Source: Salegentibacter sp.
GTDB taxonomy: Bacteria; Bacteroidota; Bacteroidia; Flavobacteriales; Flavobacteriaceae
Direction: 5' to 3'
Assembly (NCBI GenBank): GCA_035269545.1
Contig: DATFJA010000064.1
Coordinates: 1-37,451, forward strand
Length of the DNA: 37,451 nt
Shown here: in pieces, positions 18,977-29,002 of the stretch
How positions within the stretch are numbered: position 1 is the stretch's first letter
Layout: every line of letters starts with the position of its first letter
Program-made: the position numbers and the translations under genes
Notes under the pieces: model-generated
What the model saw: the letters and a program-made list of their open reading frames with translations, nothing else
The model's database searches: none
Told to the model about the DNA's origin: nothing

Positions 18977-19516
18977 ATGTTGAAAGTTTTTAAATCACTT
19001 TTTTTAGGCTTTTTGCTTATAAGCCTTATTTCCTGCGGAAGCTCGCGCTCTAAAGTTATCACTACCAAAAGTGAAGAAAATCGTTCTGAAAGATATTCAC
19101 GTCCAGGAAATACTGAAGTTAAACCAGCCAATAGAAAAGTTTATAATATTATTTCTAACGCCAAAAGCTTTGAAGGAACACGCTATAAATACGGCGGAAC
19201 TACAAAGCGAGGTATGGACTGCTCCGGACTCATTTATACCGCATTTTTAGAAGAAGATATTGCAATTCCCAGAACTTCTCGTGCTATGTCTCTGGAAGGG
19301 AAACGTCTTTACATAAAAGAGGTAAATCCTGGGGACCTACTCTTTTTTGAAACCAACAAGAATCGCAAAGTTATTAATCACGTCGGTTTAGTGGTAGAAA
19401 TAGAACGTGAAGACATCTATTTTATTCACGCTTCTACCTCCAGAGGTGTAATTGTCTCTTCTCTTTCTGAGCCCTATTGGAATGGTAATTTTGTCATGGC
19501 ACGCCGAATTTTATAA
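18977..19516 (+). CDS. NlpC/P60 (C40) family peptidoglycan peptidase, lipoprotein
   Basis: Lipobox LISC; motifs YKYGG, DCSG, PGDLLFF, HVG and FIHAS. Confidence 0.93.
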   Translation: MLKVFKSLFLGFLLISLISCGSSRSKVITTKSEENRSERYSRPGNTEVKPANRKVYNIISNAKSFEGTRYKYGGTTKRGMDCSGLIYTAFLEEDIAIPRTSRAMSLEGKRLYIKEVNPGDLLFFETNKNRKVINHVGLVVEIEREDIYFIHASTSRGVIVSSLSEPYWNGNFVMARRIL

Positions 19517-19565
19517 TTTTTAGTATCTTCAAGAGATAATTGCTGCCCTACAATAAACAAAAGGG

Positions 19566-21611
19566 ATGCAATTTCTAAATTTTACCATCATAAAACTCTC
19601 CATATTCCTGATCCTGGGAATCATTACCGGATTTTATATTGATCTGCCCGCATTACCTCTTTTCATATTTCTGGGCCTATTATTTCTTATTTTCTGTATA
19701 AGTTTTTTAAGAGCACGCAGGAAGCTATTTGACGATGCCTTCTTCGGAATATGTACCTGGAGTTTGATCTTTAGCTTAGGAATGGCGACGGCATATCTTC
19801 ATCAACCAAAAAATCAGCAACACCATTATATCAATCTTCAATCTACTGAAGCAGATTTAATGCAAATTCGCGTCATTGAATCCCTGAAGCCCAATCTTTA
19901 CAACCAGCCGTATATCGCTGAAGTAGAAAGGATCTTTTCAAGTAAAAATTCAATTCCGGTAACAGGAAAGATCTTACTCAATATTTCCAAAGATTCTATT
20001 TCCAGTATTATACAGCCCGGAATGAAATTAATTGTTCCCAACCAGACTACTAATATTGCTAAGCCTTTAAATCCCTATCGGTTTAATTACCGAAAGTTTA
20101 TGCAGAAGCAAAAGGTGGAAATGCAATTGCAACTGAATAAATCGGACATACAAACTTTACCGCATAATGAAAAGAGAATACTAACTCATATCTCTAATTT
20201 CAGGGAGAGATTAATTCAAAAGTTATCCGAAGCGAAATTTAACAAAGATGAATTAGCCATAATGCAGGCTTTATTATTAGGGCAGCGGCAGGATATTTCA
20301 AAAGAAATTTACGATGAATATGCTGCGGCAGGTGCCATTCATATTCTAGCCGTATCTGGCCTCCACGTAGGGATTATTTTGCTTATTCTAAACTGGCTCT
20401 TCGCTCCTCTTAATTATCTAAAAAACGGACTTATTCTAAAAACCTTTATTTTAATTTTATTAATGTGGAGTTTTGCAATTTTAGCAGGGCTTTCGCCATC
20501 GGTAGTTAGGGCGGTGACGATGTTTTCTTTTATCGCTATTGGGATGCAAATGCGCCGAAAAACCAGTGTTTTGAACAGTTTGTTTATTTCGCTGTTTATT
20601 TTACTGCTTGTAAATCCTTATTTCATATTTCAGGTTGGTTTTCAACTGAGTTATCTTGCGGTTTTTGCAATTGTCACCATTCAGCCTAAACTATTTAAGC
20701 TCTGGCAACCAAAGTTTAAAATCACAAAATACTTTTGGGGTTTATTTACGGTGAGCATCGCTGCGCAAATTGGGGTGTTACCACTAAGTTTATTTTATTT
20801 CCACCAGTTTCCAGGGCTATTCTTTCTTTCTAACCTGGTAGTTTTACCGGTTCTAGGATTAATTCTTGGCCTGGGAATTCTAGTTATTCTACTAGCTTTA
20901 TTGCAACTCCTGCCCGACATTCTAGCCGAAACCTATGGAAACCTTATTGGGTTAATGAATCAATTTATTGGTTGGGTTGCAGGAAAAGAAGATTTTGTGT
21001 TCACCGATATCCATTTTAATATTTGGCAAAATCTCAGTGCCTACCTACTGATCTTCTTTTTTATTCTTTTAATCTATCGGAAAAACTTCAGAAATCTCGT
21101 TTTCTTTCTTTGCGGAATTCTAATAGTTCAAAGCAGCATGTTATATAGCAAAATGCAGAATTCAACTTCAGAAAGTATTATTTTTCATAAGCCTAGAAAA
21201 ACTATGATAGGGGTTAATGAGCTTGAACAGTTTAGGCTTTATCATAATTTGGAAGACGATCTGCAAAATGAAATTAGACTGAAAGACTACAAAACGGGAA
21301 GAGATATCTATAGTATTGAAGAAAAGATAATTCCCGATATTATGAGTACTTCCAAGGCTTCGATTTTGATTATTGATAGCAGCGCAGTATACAGACTGAA
21401 GAACTTTAAGCCTGATGTAGTATTGCTTCGGAATTCTTCTAATATTAACTTAGAACGGCTAATTAGAAGTTTAAACCCAAAGATAATTGTTGCCGACGGG
21501 AGCAACTATCATAGTTATGTATCCCGTTGGGCCGAAACCGCCAGAAAACAAAAAGCCCGTTTTCACCATACAGGTAAAAGCGGAGCTTTCCGCATCTCTA
21601 CTGAACCATAA
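19566..21611 (+). CDS. comEC: ComEC/Rec2 family competence protein
   Basis: Motifs HILAVSGLHVG, SPSVVRA and GFQLSYLAV; many TM segments. Confidence 0.92.
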   Translation: MQFLNFTIIKLSIFLILGIITGFYIDLPALPLFIFLGLLFLIFCISFLRARRKLFDDAFFGICTWSLIFSLGMATAYLHQPKNQQHHYINLQSTEADLMQIRVIESLKPNLYNQPYIAEVERIFSSKNSIPVTGKILLNISKDSISSIIQPGMKLIVPNQTTNIAKPLNPYRFNYRKFMQKQKVEMQLQLNKSDIQTLPHNEKRILTHISNFRERLIQKLSEAKFNKDELAIMQALLLGQRQDISKEIYDEYAAAGAIHILAVSGLHVGIILLILNWLFAPLNYLKNGLILKTFILILLMWSFAILAGLSPSVVRAVTMFSFIAIGMQMRRKTSVLNSLFISLFILLLVNPYFIFQVGFQLSYLAVFAIVTIQPKLFKLWQPKFKITKYFWGLFTVSIAAQIGVLPLSLFYFHQFPGLFFLSNLVVLPVLGLILGLGILVILLALLQLLPDILAETYGNLIGLMNQFIGWVAGKEDFVFTDIHFNIWQNLSAYLLIFFFILLIYRKNFRNLVFFLCGILIVQSSMLYSKMQNSTSESIIFHKPRKTMIGVNELEQFRLYHNLEDDLQNEIRLKDYKTGRDIYSIEEKIIPDIMSTSKASILIIDSSAVYRLKNFKPDVVLLRNSSNINLERLIRSLNPKIIVADGSNYHSYVSRWAETARKQKARFHHTGKSGAFRISTEP

Positions 21612-21685
21612 GGCCCACTATCAACTAACACTTAAATTCTACTCGAGACTGAAACGCATTGCGTTGGCTTCGAATCTGAAATATT

Positions 21686-22225
21686 TTACTCAAAAGAACT
21701 TTCAAAACTCTCCTGGTATTCTGCAAAAGCTTCTTTAGAAGTCATTTTTTTATATTCATCTTCCACAAAGAGTTTTAAATAAAGCTCCAATTGTTTTGGG
21801 GTTCTGTACCCGGGAATAGGAGCAATTAAATTGGCTTCTTCATCAAAGAAAACAAGGCTTGGATAGCCGGTAATTTTTAAAGCCCTGGCCAATTGGTGTG
21901 GCGAATTTCTTCTCTGCTTCTTTTCAGGATCGTATTGCGGATTTTTAAATAGCTGCCCTTTAAAATCAATTTCCTCAGGACCTTCAGCATTAAATTTCAC
22001 CGGATAATAATTTTCATTCACAAACTCAATTACATCGTTATTTGTAAAGGTATTCTTATCTAACATTTTACAGGGGCCGCACCAAACGGTATAGGCATCC
22101 ATAAAAATCTTTTTAGGTTCTTTTTCCTGTGCCGCCAGCGCCTCGTTCATACTCATCCAGTTAATCTCCTGGGCCTGACTATTAATTCCTATAAACAGAA
22201 AAAATATGGTAATTACTCTAATCAT
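21686..22225 (-). CDS. Exported thioredoxin-fold protein
   Basis: Signal peptide ending SQA-Q; WCGPC active site; GYPS cis-Pro loop. Confidence 0.88.
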   Translation of the reverse strand: MIRVITIFFLFIGINSQAQEINWMSMNEALAAQEKEPKKIFMDAYTVWCGPCKMLDKNTFTNNDVIEFVNENYYPVKFNAEGPEEIDFKGQLFKNPQYDPEKKQRRNSPHQLARALKITGYPSLVFFDEEANLIAPIPGYRTPKQLELYLKLFVEDEYKKMTSKEAFAEYQESFESSFE

Positions 22226-22248
22226 GTATCGCTTTTAGAATGTTTGTA

Positions 22249-22289
22249 AAACAAAAAACGTTCCTAAAATTAAAGAACGTTTTTTGTTT
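22249..22289 (-). terminator. 15-bp perfect inverted repeat after the POT transporter gene; probable terminator
   Basis: aaacaaaaaacgttc 22249-22263 / gaacgttttttgttt 22275-22289. Confidence 0.6.
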
Positions 22290-22300
22290 CAAATACTATT

Positions 22301-24217
22301 TTAAGAATTTTTCTTATCCCTTTCTGTATCTGCAATTTCATATTGCTCCTGCTCCAGCATTTCCCGCTCGTTGTCTTCAGCACCGTGCGTTAATCGCTTT
22401 AAAGGTTTCAACATAAAAATCACAATTAGTCCAAATACGGTGGTGAATATAGTAATGCCAATAAAAGTTCTGAATTCCAACTGAGTTTGTACTTCTTCGA
22501 TCACAAAATCTCCGTAATACCCAACTTTATCTTCCTCCTGCCTAAAATTAAGCATTACGTGATAGGGATCCTGTGCGGTTACTCCCTCTTCTTTGAGGTT
22601 TGCTATGATCTCTGACTTTTGATCTTTATTCTCAAAATCCATAAGTCCCAATACCGGTGCCTCAGTTTCCATATTCGTTACTGCAAGCTCATTATTATCC
22701 AGGTAAACAAAACCATTAAACGTAAAGTCGTTTTTATTCTGAAGTATGGTATCGTTTAATTGCAATCTATTAGCTACATCACTGCCTTCTGTGCTTAACT
22801 GAACAGTAGCCGGTTCTCCCTGGGAGAATTCACCAATAAGTCCCGCCATTTTGTTTCCAAGTCCTGTAGCAGCAAAATAAACACCCATCATAAGAGAAGC
22901 ATATTTTACCGGTGCCAGTTTGGTTATAAAAGAAAGCGCTACCGGAGAAGAACATAATTCCCCAATGGTATGCAGTAAGTAAGCAAGCACTAACCAATAC
23001 ATGGCCGATTTACTTTCAAAAGCAGTGTATTCTTTTGCAGCTATAGCCATAAATAGAAAGCCAAGTCCCATAATAATTACCCCTGTAGCCATTTTAAAGA
23101 TTGAAGAAGCTTCTTTGTTCTTCAACTTTCTTTTAGCCCAGAAATTTGCCACTATTACTCCAAAAATAATGATAAACATGGCATTTAAGGACTGAAACCA
23201 GGTTGCAGGAACTTCATTACCAATTAGCGGTAGGCTAAAGGATAAAGTACGGTCTGTTTTATCTGCCGCGTAGATATTCATTAATCCTCCGGCTTGCTCA
23301 AAGGCTCCCCAGAAAACAACTACAAGTAAAAACGATAAGATCATCACTACATACCTATCTTTCATAACTTGCGTAGTCAAATCTTTGTATACCATAAGCA
23401 TCAAAGCAATTACAAGAGTTAAGAAGATATACAGCAGTCCAAACGGAATAGACACCATTATAAGAACATATATGGAACCTATCATTAAAATTGATGTAAT
23501 AGCAAGTTGAAGTGGGGACTTTAATAGTTCACTAAACATATTGCTTAGAGAAGCGCCTTCACTACGCTCTACCTTAGATAGAAGATTTCCGACATTCAAC
23601 AAGTACTTTTGGCCCCATACATAGACTATAAGTCCCAGTGCCATAGCAATACCGGCAAGTCCAAAACCATAGTGCCAGCCAATATTTTCACCAACATATC
23701 CTACGATTAAACTGGAAAGAAAAGCTCCAAGATTAATCCCAATATAAAAGATGGTGAAACCTTTATCTCTTCTAATATCCCCGGGCTTGTACAAACCTCC
23801 AACCATTGTAGAGATATTTGGTTTAAGCATTCCAACTCCAATAATAATTAAGCCTAGTCCGCTATAAAATGCCCACATTTCTTCTACAGCCAAAATACCG
23901 TGACCGGCTACCAGGATTATTCCTCCCCATAACACTGTTTTCTTTTGACCAAGAAGTTTATCTGCTATAATTCCACCGGGAATGGAAGCTACATAAACAA
24001 GCATGGTATACCAGCCATAAAGTGCAATAGCCTCTCCTCCTGTCCAGCCAAGACCTGCGTTACCACCGGTTGTTGCACTTACTAGATATAAAACAAGGAT
24101 AGCACGCATTCCATAATAGGAGAAACGTTCCCACATTTCGGTGAAAAATAAGATATAAAGTCCTACCGGATGCCCAAAAAGTTCTTTTTGAGGCGCTCTG
24201 TTTGTTGCTGTTGCCAT
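22301..24217 (-). CDS. POT/PTR family proton-dependent di/tripeptide transporter with an extra soluble domain
   Basis: ExxER motif EMWERFSYYG, KPNIS, FYIGINLG, WFQSLN and GELCSSP. Confidence 0.93.
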   Translation of the reverse strand: MATATNRAPQKELFGHPVGLYILFFTEMWERFSYYGMRAILVLYLVSATTGGNAGLGWTGGEAIALYGWYTMLVYVASIPGGIIADKLLGQKKTVLWGGIILVAGHGILAVEEMWAFYSGLGLIIIGVGMLKPNISTMVGGLYKPGDIRRDKGFTIFYIGINLGAFLSSLIVGYVGENIGWHYGFGLAGIAMALGLIVYVWGQKYLLNVGNLLSKVERSEGASLSNMFSELLKSPLQLAITSILMIGSIYVLIMVSIPFGLLYIFLTLVIALMLMVYKDLTTQVMKDRYVVMILSFLLVVVFWGAFEQAGGLMNIYAADKTDRTLSFSLPLIGNEVPATWFQSLNAMFIIIFGVIVANFWAKRKLKNKEASSIFKMATGVIIMGLGFLFMAIAAKEYTAFESKSAMYWLVLAYLLHTIGELCSSPVALSFITKLAPVKYASLMMGVYFAATGLGNKMAGLIGEFSQGEPATVQLSTEGSDVANRLQLNDTILQNKNDFTFNGFVYLDNNELAVTNMETEAPVLGLMDFENKDQKSEIIANLKEEGVTAQDPYHVMLNFRQEEDKVGYYGDFVIEEVQTQLEFRTFIGITIFTTVFGLIVIFMLKPLKRLTHGAEDNEREMLEQEQYEIADTERDKKNS

Positions 24218-24222
24218 TTAGA

Positions 24223-26394
24223 TTATAGTTTTTCTTTAATAAAATCGGTCATCATTGTATATAGGTGTAATCTTGTGTTACCGCCATAGATACCGTGGTT
24301 TCTGTCTGGATAGATAGCCCAGTCAAATTGCTTATTAGCCTGTACTAAAGCTTCAACCATTCTCATGGTATTTTGAAGGTGTACATTATCGTCTCCGCCA
24401 CCGTGAATTAAAAGGTAATCTCCTTTTAATTTCTCTACGTGGTTTATAGGTGAATTCTCATCATAACCCGAAGGGTTTTCCTGAGGCGTAGTCATATATC
24501 TTTCGGTATAGATGGTATCGTAAAATCTCCAGCTAATTACCGGGGCTACGGCTATGGCCATAGAAAAAGTGTCGTTTCCTTTAAGAATAGCGTTAGAAGA
24601 CATAAAACCGCCGTAGCTCCATCCCCAAATTCCAATCCGGTTTTCATCTATATACTCCATTTCACCAAACTTTTTTGCCGCAGCAATTTGGTCTTCAACT
24701 TCATATTTACCGAGTTCATTCTGGGTTACTTTTTTGAAATCTGCACCTTTAAACCCAGTACCGCGGCCATCTACGGCTGCTATAATATAACCTTCGTTAG
24801 CGAGTAACTGATACCAGTAATCGTTAATGCCGAAGTAAGAATTAGAAACCTCCTGTGAACCTGGCCCTGAATATTGAAACATTAATAATGGGTATTCTTT
24901 ATTCTCGTCAAAATCGTTTGGCTTAATCATCCACATATTAAGCTCATTGCCATTCACTTCAATAGTGCTTAGTTCTTTAGGAGCAAAATTATAAGCTTCT
25001 TCAATTTCCAATAACGCCGAATTATCTTTAATCTTTCTTACCAGTTTACCGTTTTTCGCATTATGTAGTGTGAATTCATAAGGAGTTTCGGTGCTTGTGT
25101 AAGAATTGATAAAATAAGTATAGTCAGCGCTAAAATCTGCGCTGTTCATTCCTTCTTTTTCAGTTAAACGGGTTTTGTTTTTACCGTTAATTTTTATGGA
25201 ATATACATCGCGGTTAACACTTCCGTTTTCTGTACTCTGGTAAAAGATCTTCTTAGAGTCTTCATCGTAACCATAATAGTCGGTTACTTCCCAGTTTCCT
25301 TCGGTAACCTGATTTTCTAGCTCGCCATCTTCATCATAAAGGTAAATATGGTTCCAACCATCTTTTTCGCTAGTCCAGATAAAACTATTGTCTTCAAGGA
25401 AAGTAAGGTTGTTTGTGATATCTATATAGGCTTCATCGGTTTCATTCATTACCACTTCAGCTTCATTATCTTCAGCGTCAACGAAAATAAGATCCAGATC
25501 GTTTTGGTGCCTGTTTAAAACCTGTACGCTCAAAATCTCAGGATCCTGTGTCCATTTAATTCTTGGAATATAAAAATCTTCATAATCTCCAAGTTCAACT
25601 TTTTCACTTTCTTCAGCAGCTAATTCATATGTATAAAGAGAAACTTGAGAATTTATTTCTCCCGCTTTAGGGTATTTAAAAACCTGCTGACTTGGGTATA
25701 GATTCTTCCCAAACATATCCATAGAAAATTCAGGAACTTCAGATTCATCAAATTTAAGATAAGCTAAATGAGTTCCGGTTTTATTCCAGTCGAAAGCTCT
25801 TACAAAAGCAAATTCTTCTTCGTAAACCCAATCGGTCACCCCATTAATTATTTTGTTCTTCTCACCATCTGTGGTGACCTGAGTTTCTTCGCCGGAAGCG
25901 ATATCGTAAGTGTAGATATTATTTTCAAAAACATAAGCCACTTTGGAAGCATCTGGAGAGAAAGTTGGCTCCTGAACTTTATTATCGCTTAATTTGGTAA
26001 GTGTTTTACCTTCTACATCGTAGATATAATAAATTCCGCGGGAAGAACGGCGGTAAATTTGCTCCATTTTGGTAGAAAGCAAAATCTTATCTTCATTTTC
26101 ACTAAGCTCAAATCCCTGGAAACCGGAAATTTCATTTAGATCTTTACTATTTAAAAGACTTCTTACCTTCTCGCCACTCTTATAAGAATATACATCTATG
26201 CTACTGGTGTTTGCCTTGCGATCGCGATTCAAAACCACGTATTCTTTACCATTGTCTAGAGATTGTAGGGATTGTAAACGTTCCTGTCTAAAGGTGCCGT
26301 CGTAAATTTCCTCGAGGCTAATTTCTTTATCCTGCGCGTAAAATGTTGAGGTTGCTGCAATTAACAACCCAACCAATATTTTTGAGAACTTCAT
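24223..26394 (-). CDS. Dipeptidyl peptidase IV (S9B)
   Basis: DWVYEEE, GWSYGG nucleophile, DDNVH and HGIYGG; signal peptide from MKFSKIL at 26394. Confidence 0.95.
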   Translation of the reverse strand: MKFSKILVGLLIAATSTFYAQDKEISLEEIYDGTFRQERLQSLQSLDNGKEYVVLNRDRKANTSSIDVYSYKSGEKVRSLLNSKDLNEISGFQGFELSENEDKILLSTKMEQIYRRSSRGIYYIYDVEGKTLTKLSDNKVQEPTFSPDASKVAYVFENNIYTYDIASGEETQVTTDGEKNKIINGVTDWVYEEEFAFVRAFDWNKTGTHLAYLKFDESEVPEFSMDMFGKNLYPSQQVFKYPKAGEINSQVSLYTYELAAEESEKVELGDYEDFYIPRIKWTQDPEILSVQVLNRHQNDLDLIFVDAEDNEAEVVMNETDEAYIDITNNLTFLEDNSFIWTSEKDGWNHIYLYDEDGELENQVTEGNWEVTDYYGYDEDSKKIFYQSTENGSVNRDVYSIKINGKNKTRLTEKEGMNSADFSADYTYFINSYTSTETPYEFTLHNAKNGKLVRKIKDNSALLEIEEAYNFAPKELSTIEVNGNELNMWMIKPNDFDENKEYPLLMFQYSGPGSQEVSNSYFGINDYWYQLLANEGYIIAAVDGRGTGFKGADFKKVTQNELGKYEVEDQIAAAKKFGEMEYIDENRIGIWGWSYGGFMSSNAILKGNDTFSMAIAVAPVISWRFYDTIYTERYMTTPQENPSGYDENSPINHVEKLKGDYLLIHGGGDDNVHLQNTMRMVEALVQANKQFDWAIYPDRNHGIYGGNTRLHLYTMMTDFIKEKL

Positions 26395-26543
26395 AAAATT
26401 TATAGAATGAATTTGGATTGCCAAGTTTACTAAATTTTCATCAAAAAGAGTAGTATTTGAGTGTTAAATACTAAGGATTTGTTAAAGATAAATCACTTAA
26501 TTTTTCTAGAAACTGAAAATACAATTCCCTTGAATAACAATTG

Positions 26544-26551
26544 TATCTTTG
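26544..26551 (+). promoter_or_regulatory. -7 promoter element for HMG-CoA reductase
   Basis: TATCTTTG ends 23 nt before ATG 26575, which supports the shorter start. Confidence 0.65.
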
Positions 26552-26574
26552 TGCACTCTAAATTAGCTTCAAAA

Positions 26575-27894
26575 ATGATAAAACCTATCACCGGCTTTTC
26601 CAGGCTTACCAAGAAGGAAAAAATAGACTGGCTTGCCGAAACCTACCTAAAAGACCGTCCAGAAGATGTGGCGGTTCTTAGACAATACTGGAACGAAGAT
26701 TCCAGGTTACAACAGTTGCACGACGAATTTACCGAAAATACTTTATCAAATTTCTACCTGCCATTTGGCCTGGCACCAAATTTCCTGATCAACGAAGATT
26801 TACTTGCCATCCCTATGGCAATTGAGGAAAGCTCGGTGATCGCAGCGGCAAGTAAAGCTGCCAAATTCTGGAGAACCCGAGGCGGATTTAAGGCTGAAGT
26901 AATTAATACTAAGAAAATAGGTCAGGTGCATTTTAATTTCTTCGGAAATAAGCAAAAACTGGAGCAATTTTTTGAAGCCACCAAACCTAAACTTTTGGAA
27001 GCTGTAAAACCTATTACCCGTAATATGGAAAAACGCGGCGGTGGGGTTTTAGATATAAATCTTAAAGATAAAACCGCTGAAATTGCGAATTACTACCAGC
27101 TGCACTGCGAATTTGAAACCAAAGATTCTATGGGCGCGAATTTTATAAATTCCTGCCTGGAAAAATTCGCAGAAGTTTTTCAGAAAGAAGCCCGGGATTA
27201 TAGTGATTTCTCTTCAGAAGAAAAGGATATAGAAATAATTATGAGTATTCTCTCCAACTATGTACCGGAATGTTTAGTGAGAGCTGAAGTTTCCTGCCCG
27301 GTAGAAGAACTCAATGAAAACAAAGATTTAAACGGAGAAGATTTCGCCAAGAAATTCATCCAGGCGGTGAATATTGCTGAAGTAGAACCTTATCGTGCCG
27401 TGACCCACAATAAAGGCATAATGAACGGTATTGATGCCGTTGTCCTGGCTACCGGAAACGATTTTAGAGCGGTGGAATCCGGTATTCATGCTTATGCTGC
27501 CAGAAACGGAAAATACTCGAGCTTAACACACGCCAGCCTTGAAAATGGTATTTTTAAATTCTGGATTGAAGTTCCCCTTGCTTTAGGCACTGTCGGCGGA
27601 TTGACAAGTTTGCATCCATTAGTTAAACTGGCCCTGGATATTTTACAGCAACCAAGCGCTAAAGAATTGATGAAAATTGTAGCGGTTGCCGGCCTGGCGC
27701 AAAACTTTGCTGCAATTAATTCATTGACTACAACGGGAATTCAGCAAGGGCACATGAAAATGCATTTGATGAATATTTTAAATCAGCATAATGCTACTGA
27801 AGCTGAGAAGAAAACACTCACCAAGCATTTCACCACTCACACCGTAACCCACAGCAGCGCCGTTGAAGAATTAAAAAAATTGAGAAATTCATGA
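26575..27894 (+). CDS. mvaA: Hydroxymethylglutaryl-CoA reductase, class II
   Basis: Motifs PMAIEESSVIAA, DSMGAN, THNKGIMNG, GNDFRA and GIQQGHM. Confidence 0.94.
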   Translation: MIKPITGFSRLTKKEKIDWLAETYLKDRPEDVAVLRQYWNEDSRLQQLHDEFTENTLSNFYLPFGLAPNFLINEDLLAIPMAIEESSVIAAASKAAKFWRTRGGFKAEVINTKKIGQVHFNFFGNKQKLEQFFEATKPKLLEAVKPITRNMEKRGGGVLDINLKDKTAEIANYYQLHCEFETKDSMGANFINSCLEKFAEVFQKEARDYSDFSSEEKDIEIIMSILSNYVPECLVRAEVSCPVEELNENKDLNGEDFAKKFIQAVNIAEVEPYRAVTHNKGIMNGIDAVVLATGNDFRAVESGIHAYAARNGKYSSLTHASLENGIFKFWIEVPLALGTVGGLTSLHPLVKLALDILQQPSAKELMKIVAVAGLAQNFAAINSLTTTGIQQGHMKMHLMNILNQHNATEAEKKTLTKHFTTHTVTHSSAVEELKKLRNS

Positions 27895-28811
27895 TGAAAA
27901 AGTTTTACAGTAATGGTAAACTTTTGATTACCGGAGAATATGCAGTCTTAGATGGCGCCAAAGCCTTAGCTATTCCTACAAAATTTGGACAGTCCCTGGA
28001 AATAGAAACTTCTGAAGCTGAAAATATTGAATGGAATAGTTTTGATGAACATGGAAATTTGTGGTTTCAGGGAGAGTTTGAGTATAAAAGTGATAAATTT
28101 CAGCATATCAAAGGAGAACAAGAAGTTTCAAAAAGACTTGTAGAGATCCTAAATGAAGCCGATAAATTAAACCCCCAATTATTTTCGGCTGAAAAAACTG
28201 GAATCAAAGTTAACACCAGTTTAGATTTCAATAGAAATTGGGGCCTGGGAACCTCTTCAACATTAATCAACAACATTGCTAACTGGTTTGAAATTGATGC
28301 CTTTAAACTGCTTAAAAATACCTTTGGAGGAAGTGGTTATGACATTGCTGCGGCACAAAATGACCAGGCGATCACTTACCAGCTTACCGAAAATGGAGCT
28401 TCGGTTTTAAAAACCAATTTCTATCCTGATTTTTCTGAAAATATATTTTTTGTTTATCTAAATGAGAAAAAGAATAGCCGTGATGCTATTAAACATTACA
28501 ATGCTTTACCCGAAGCCAATAAAGCTGGATTAACCGAAAAGATATCATCTCTAACCGAGCAGTTTGCCAATTGCAAAACACTCACTGAATTTGAGCTTCT
28601 AATCAATATTCATGAAACTTTAATATCTAAGGCGCTACAAACACCAAAAGTAAAACAAGAACGCTTTCCCGATTTCCCTAGAGCGATTAAAAGCCTTGGC
28701 GGCTGGGGCGGTGATTTTGTAATGGTAACCGGAGACAAAGCAGAGGTTCTTGAATATTTCAACAACAAAGGTTTTGAAACAATTCTTGCTTTTAAAGACA
28801 TTGTTCTGTAA
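27891..28811 (+). CDS. GYDIA-family GHMP kinase (mevalonate or phosphomevalonate kinase candidate)
   Basis: Motifs GKLLITGEY, WGLGTSS, GSGYDIA and KSLGGWGGDF; ATGA overlap with HMG-CoA reductase. Confidence 0.88.
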   Translation: MMKKFYSNGKLLITGEYAVLDGAKALAIPTKFGQSLEIETSEAENIEWNSFDEHGNLWFQGEFEYKSDKFQHIKGEQEVSKRLVEILNEADKLNPQLFSAEKTGIKVNTSLDFNRNWGLGTSSTLINNIANWFEIDAFKLLKNTFGGSGYDIAAAQNDQAITYQLTENGASVLKTNFYPDFSENIFFVYLNEKKNSRDAIKHYNALPEANKAGLTEKISSLTEQFANCKTLTEFELLINIHETLISKALQTPKVKQERFPDFPRAIKSLGGWGGDFVMVTGDKAEVLEYFNNKGFETILAFKDIVL

Positions 28812-28825
28812 AAACCGACTTTAAG

Positions 28826-28882
28826 GAGATCTTAGACTCCCGAAGATCTTCGGGACAGGCTCTGAAATAAATTCAGGGCGCC
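28826..28882. repeat. REP-like palindromic element
   Basis: Perfect 18-bp palindrome tcccgaagatcttcggga (28838-28855) next to hairpin ctgaa-ataaa-ttcag (28862-28876). Confidence 0.55.
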
Positions 28883-28938
28883 GTAGGGGTTTAACCCAAA
28901 TCTCGCACTTGTTTTAGCATCTAATTTGCTTGAAAAAA

Positions 28939-28988
28939 GGACATAAAAAAAGCCCCGGTAATTTTTACCGGGGCTTTTTTTTATGTCC
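28939..28988. terminator. Bidirectional intrinsic terminator between convergent genes
   Basis: ggacat-A7-gccccggtaa / ttaccggggc-T8-atgtcc. Confidence 0.9.
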
Positions 28989-29002
28989 AAATGCTTATTC
29001 CA

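Noticed and set aside
21100-21611. ComEC C-terminus lacking metallo-beta-lactamase metal motifs as a sign of pseudogenisation
   Set aside because: The ORF is uninterrupted, and a degenerate C-terminal domain is, to my knowledge, usual for Bacteroidota ComEC.
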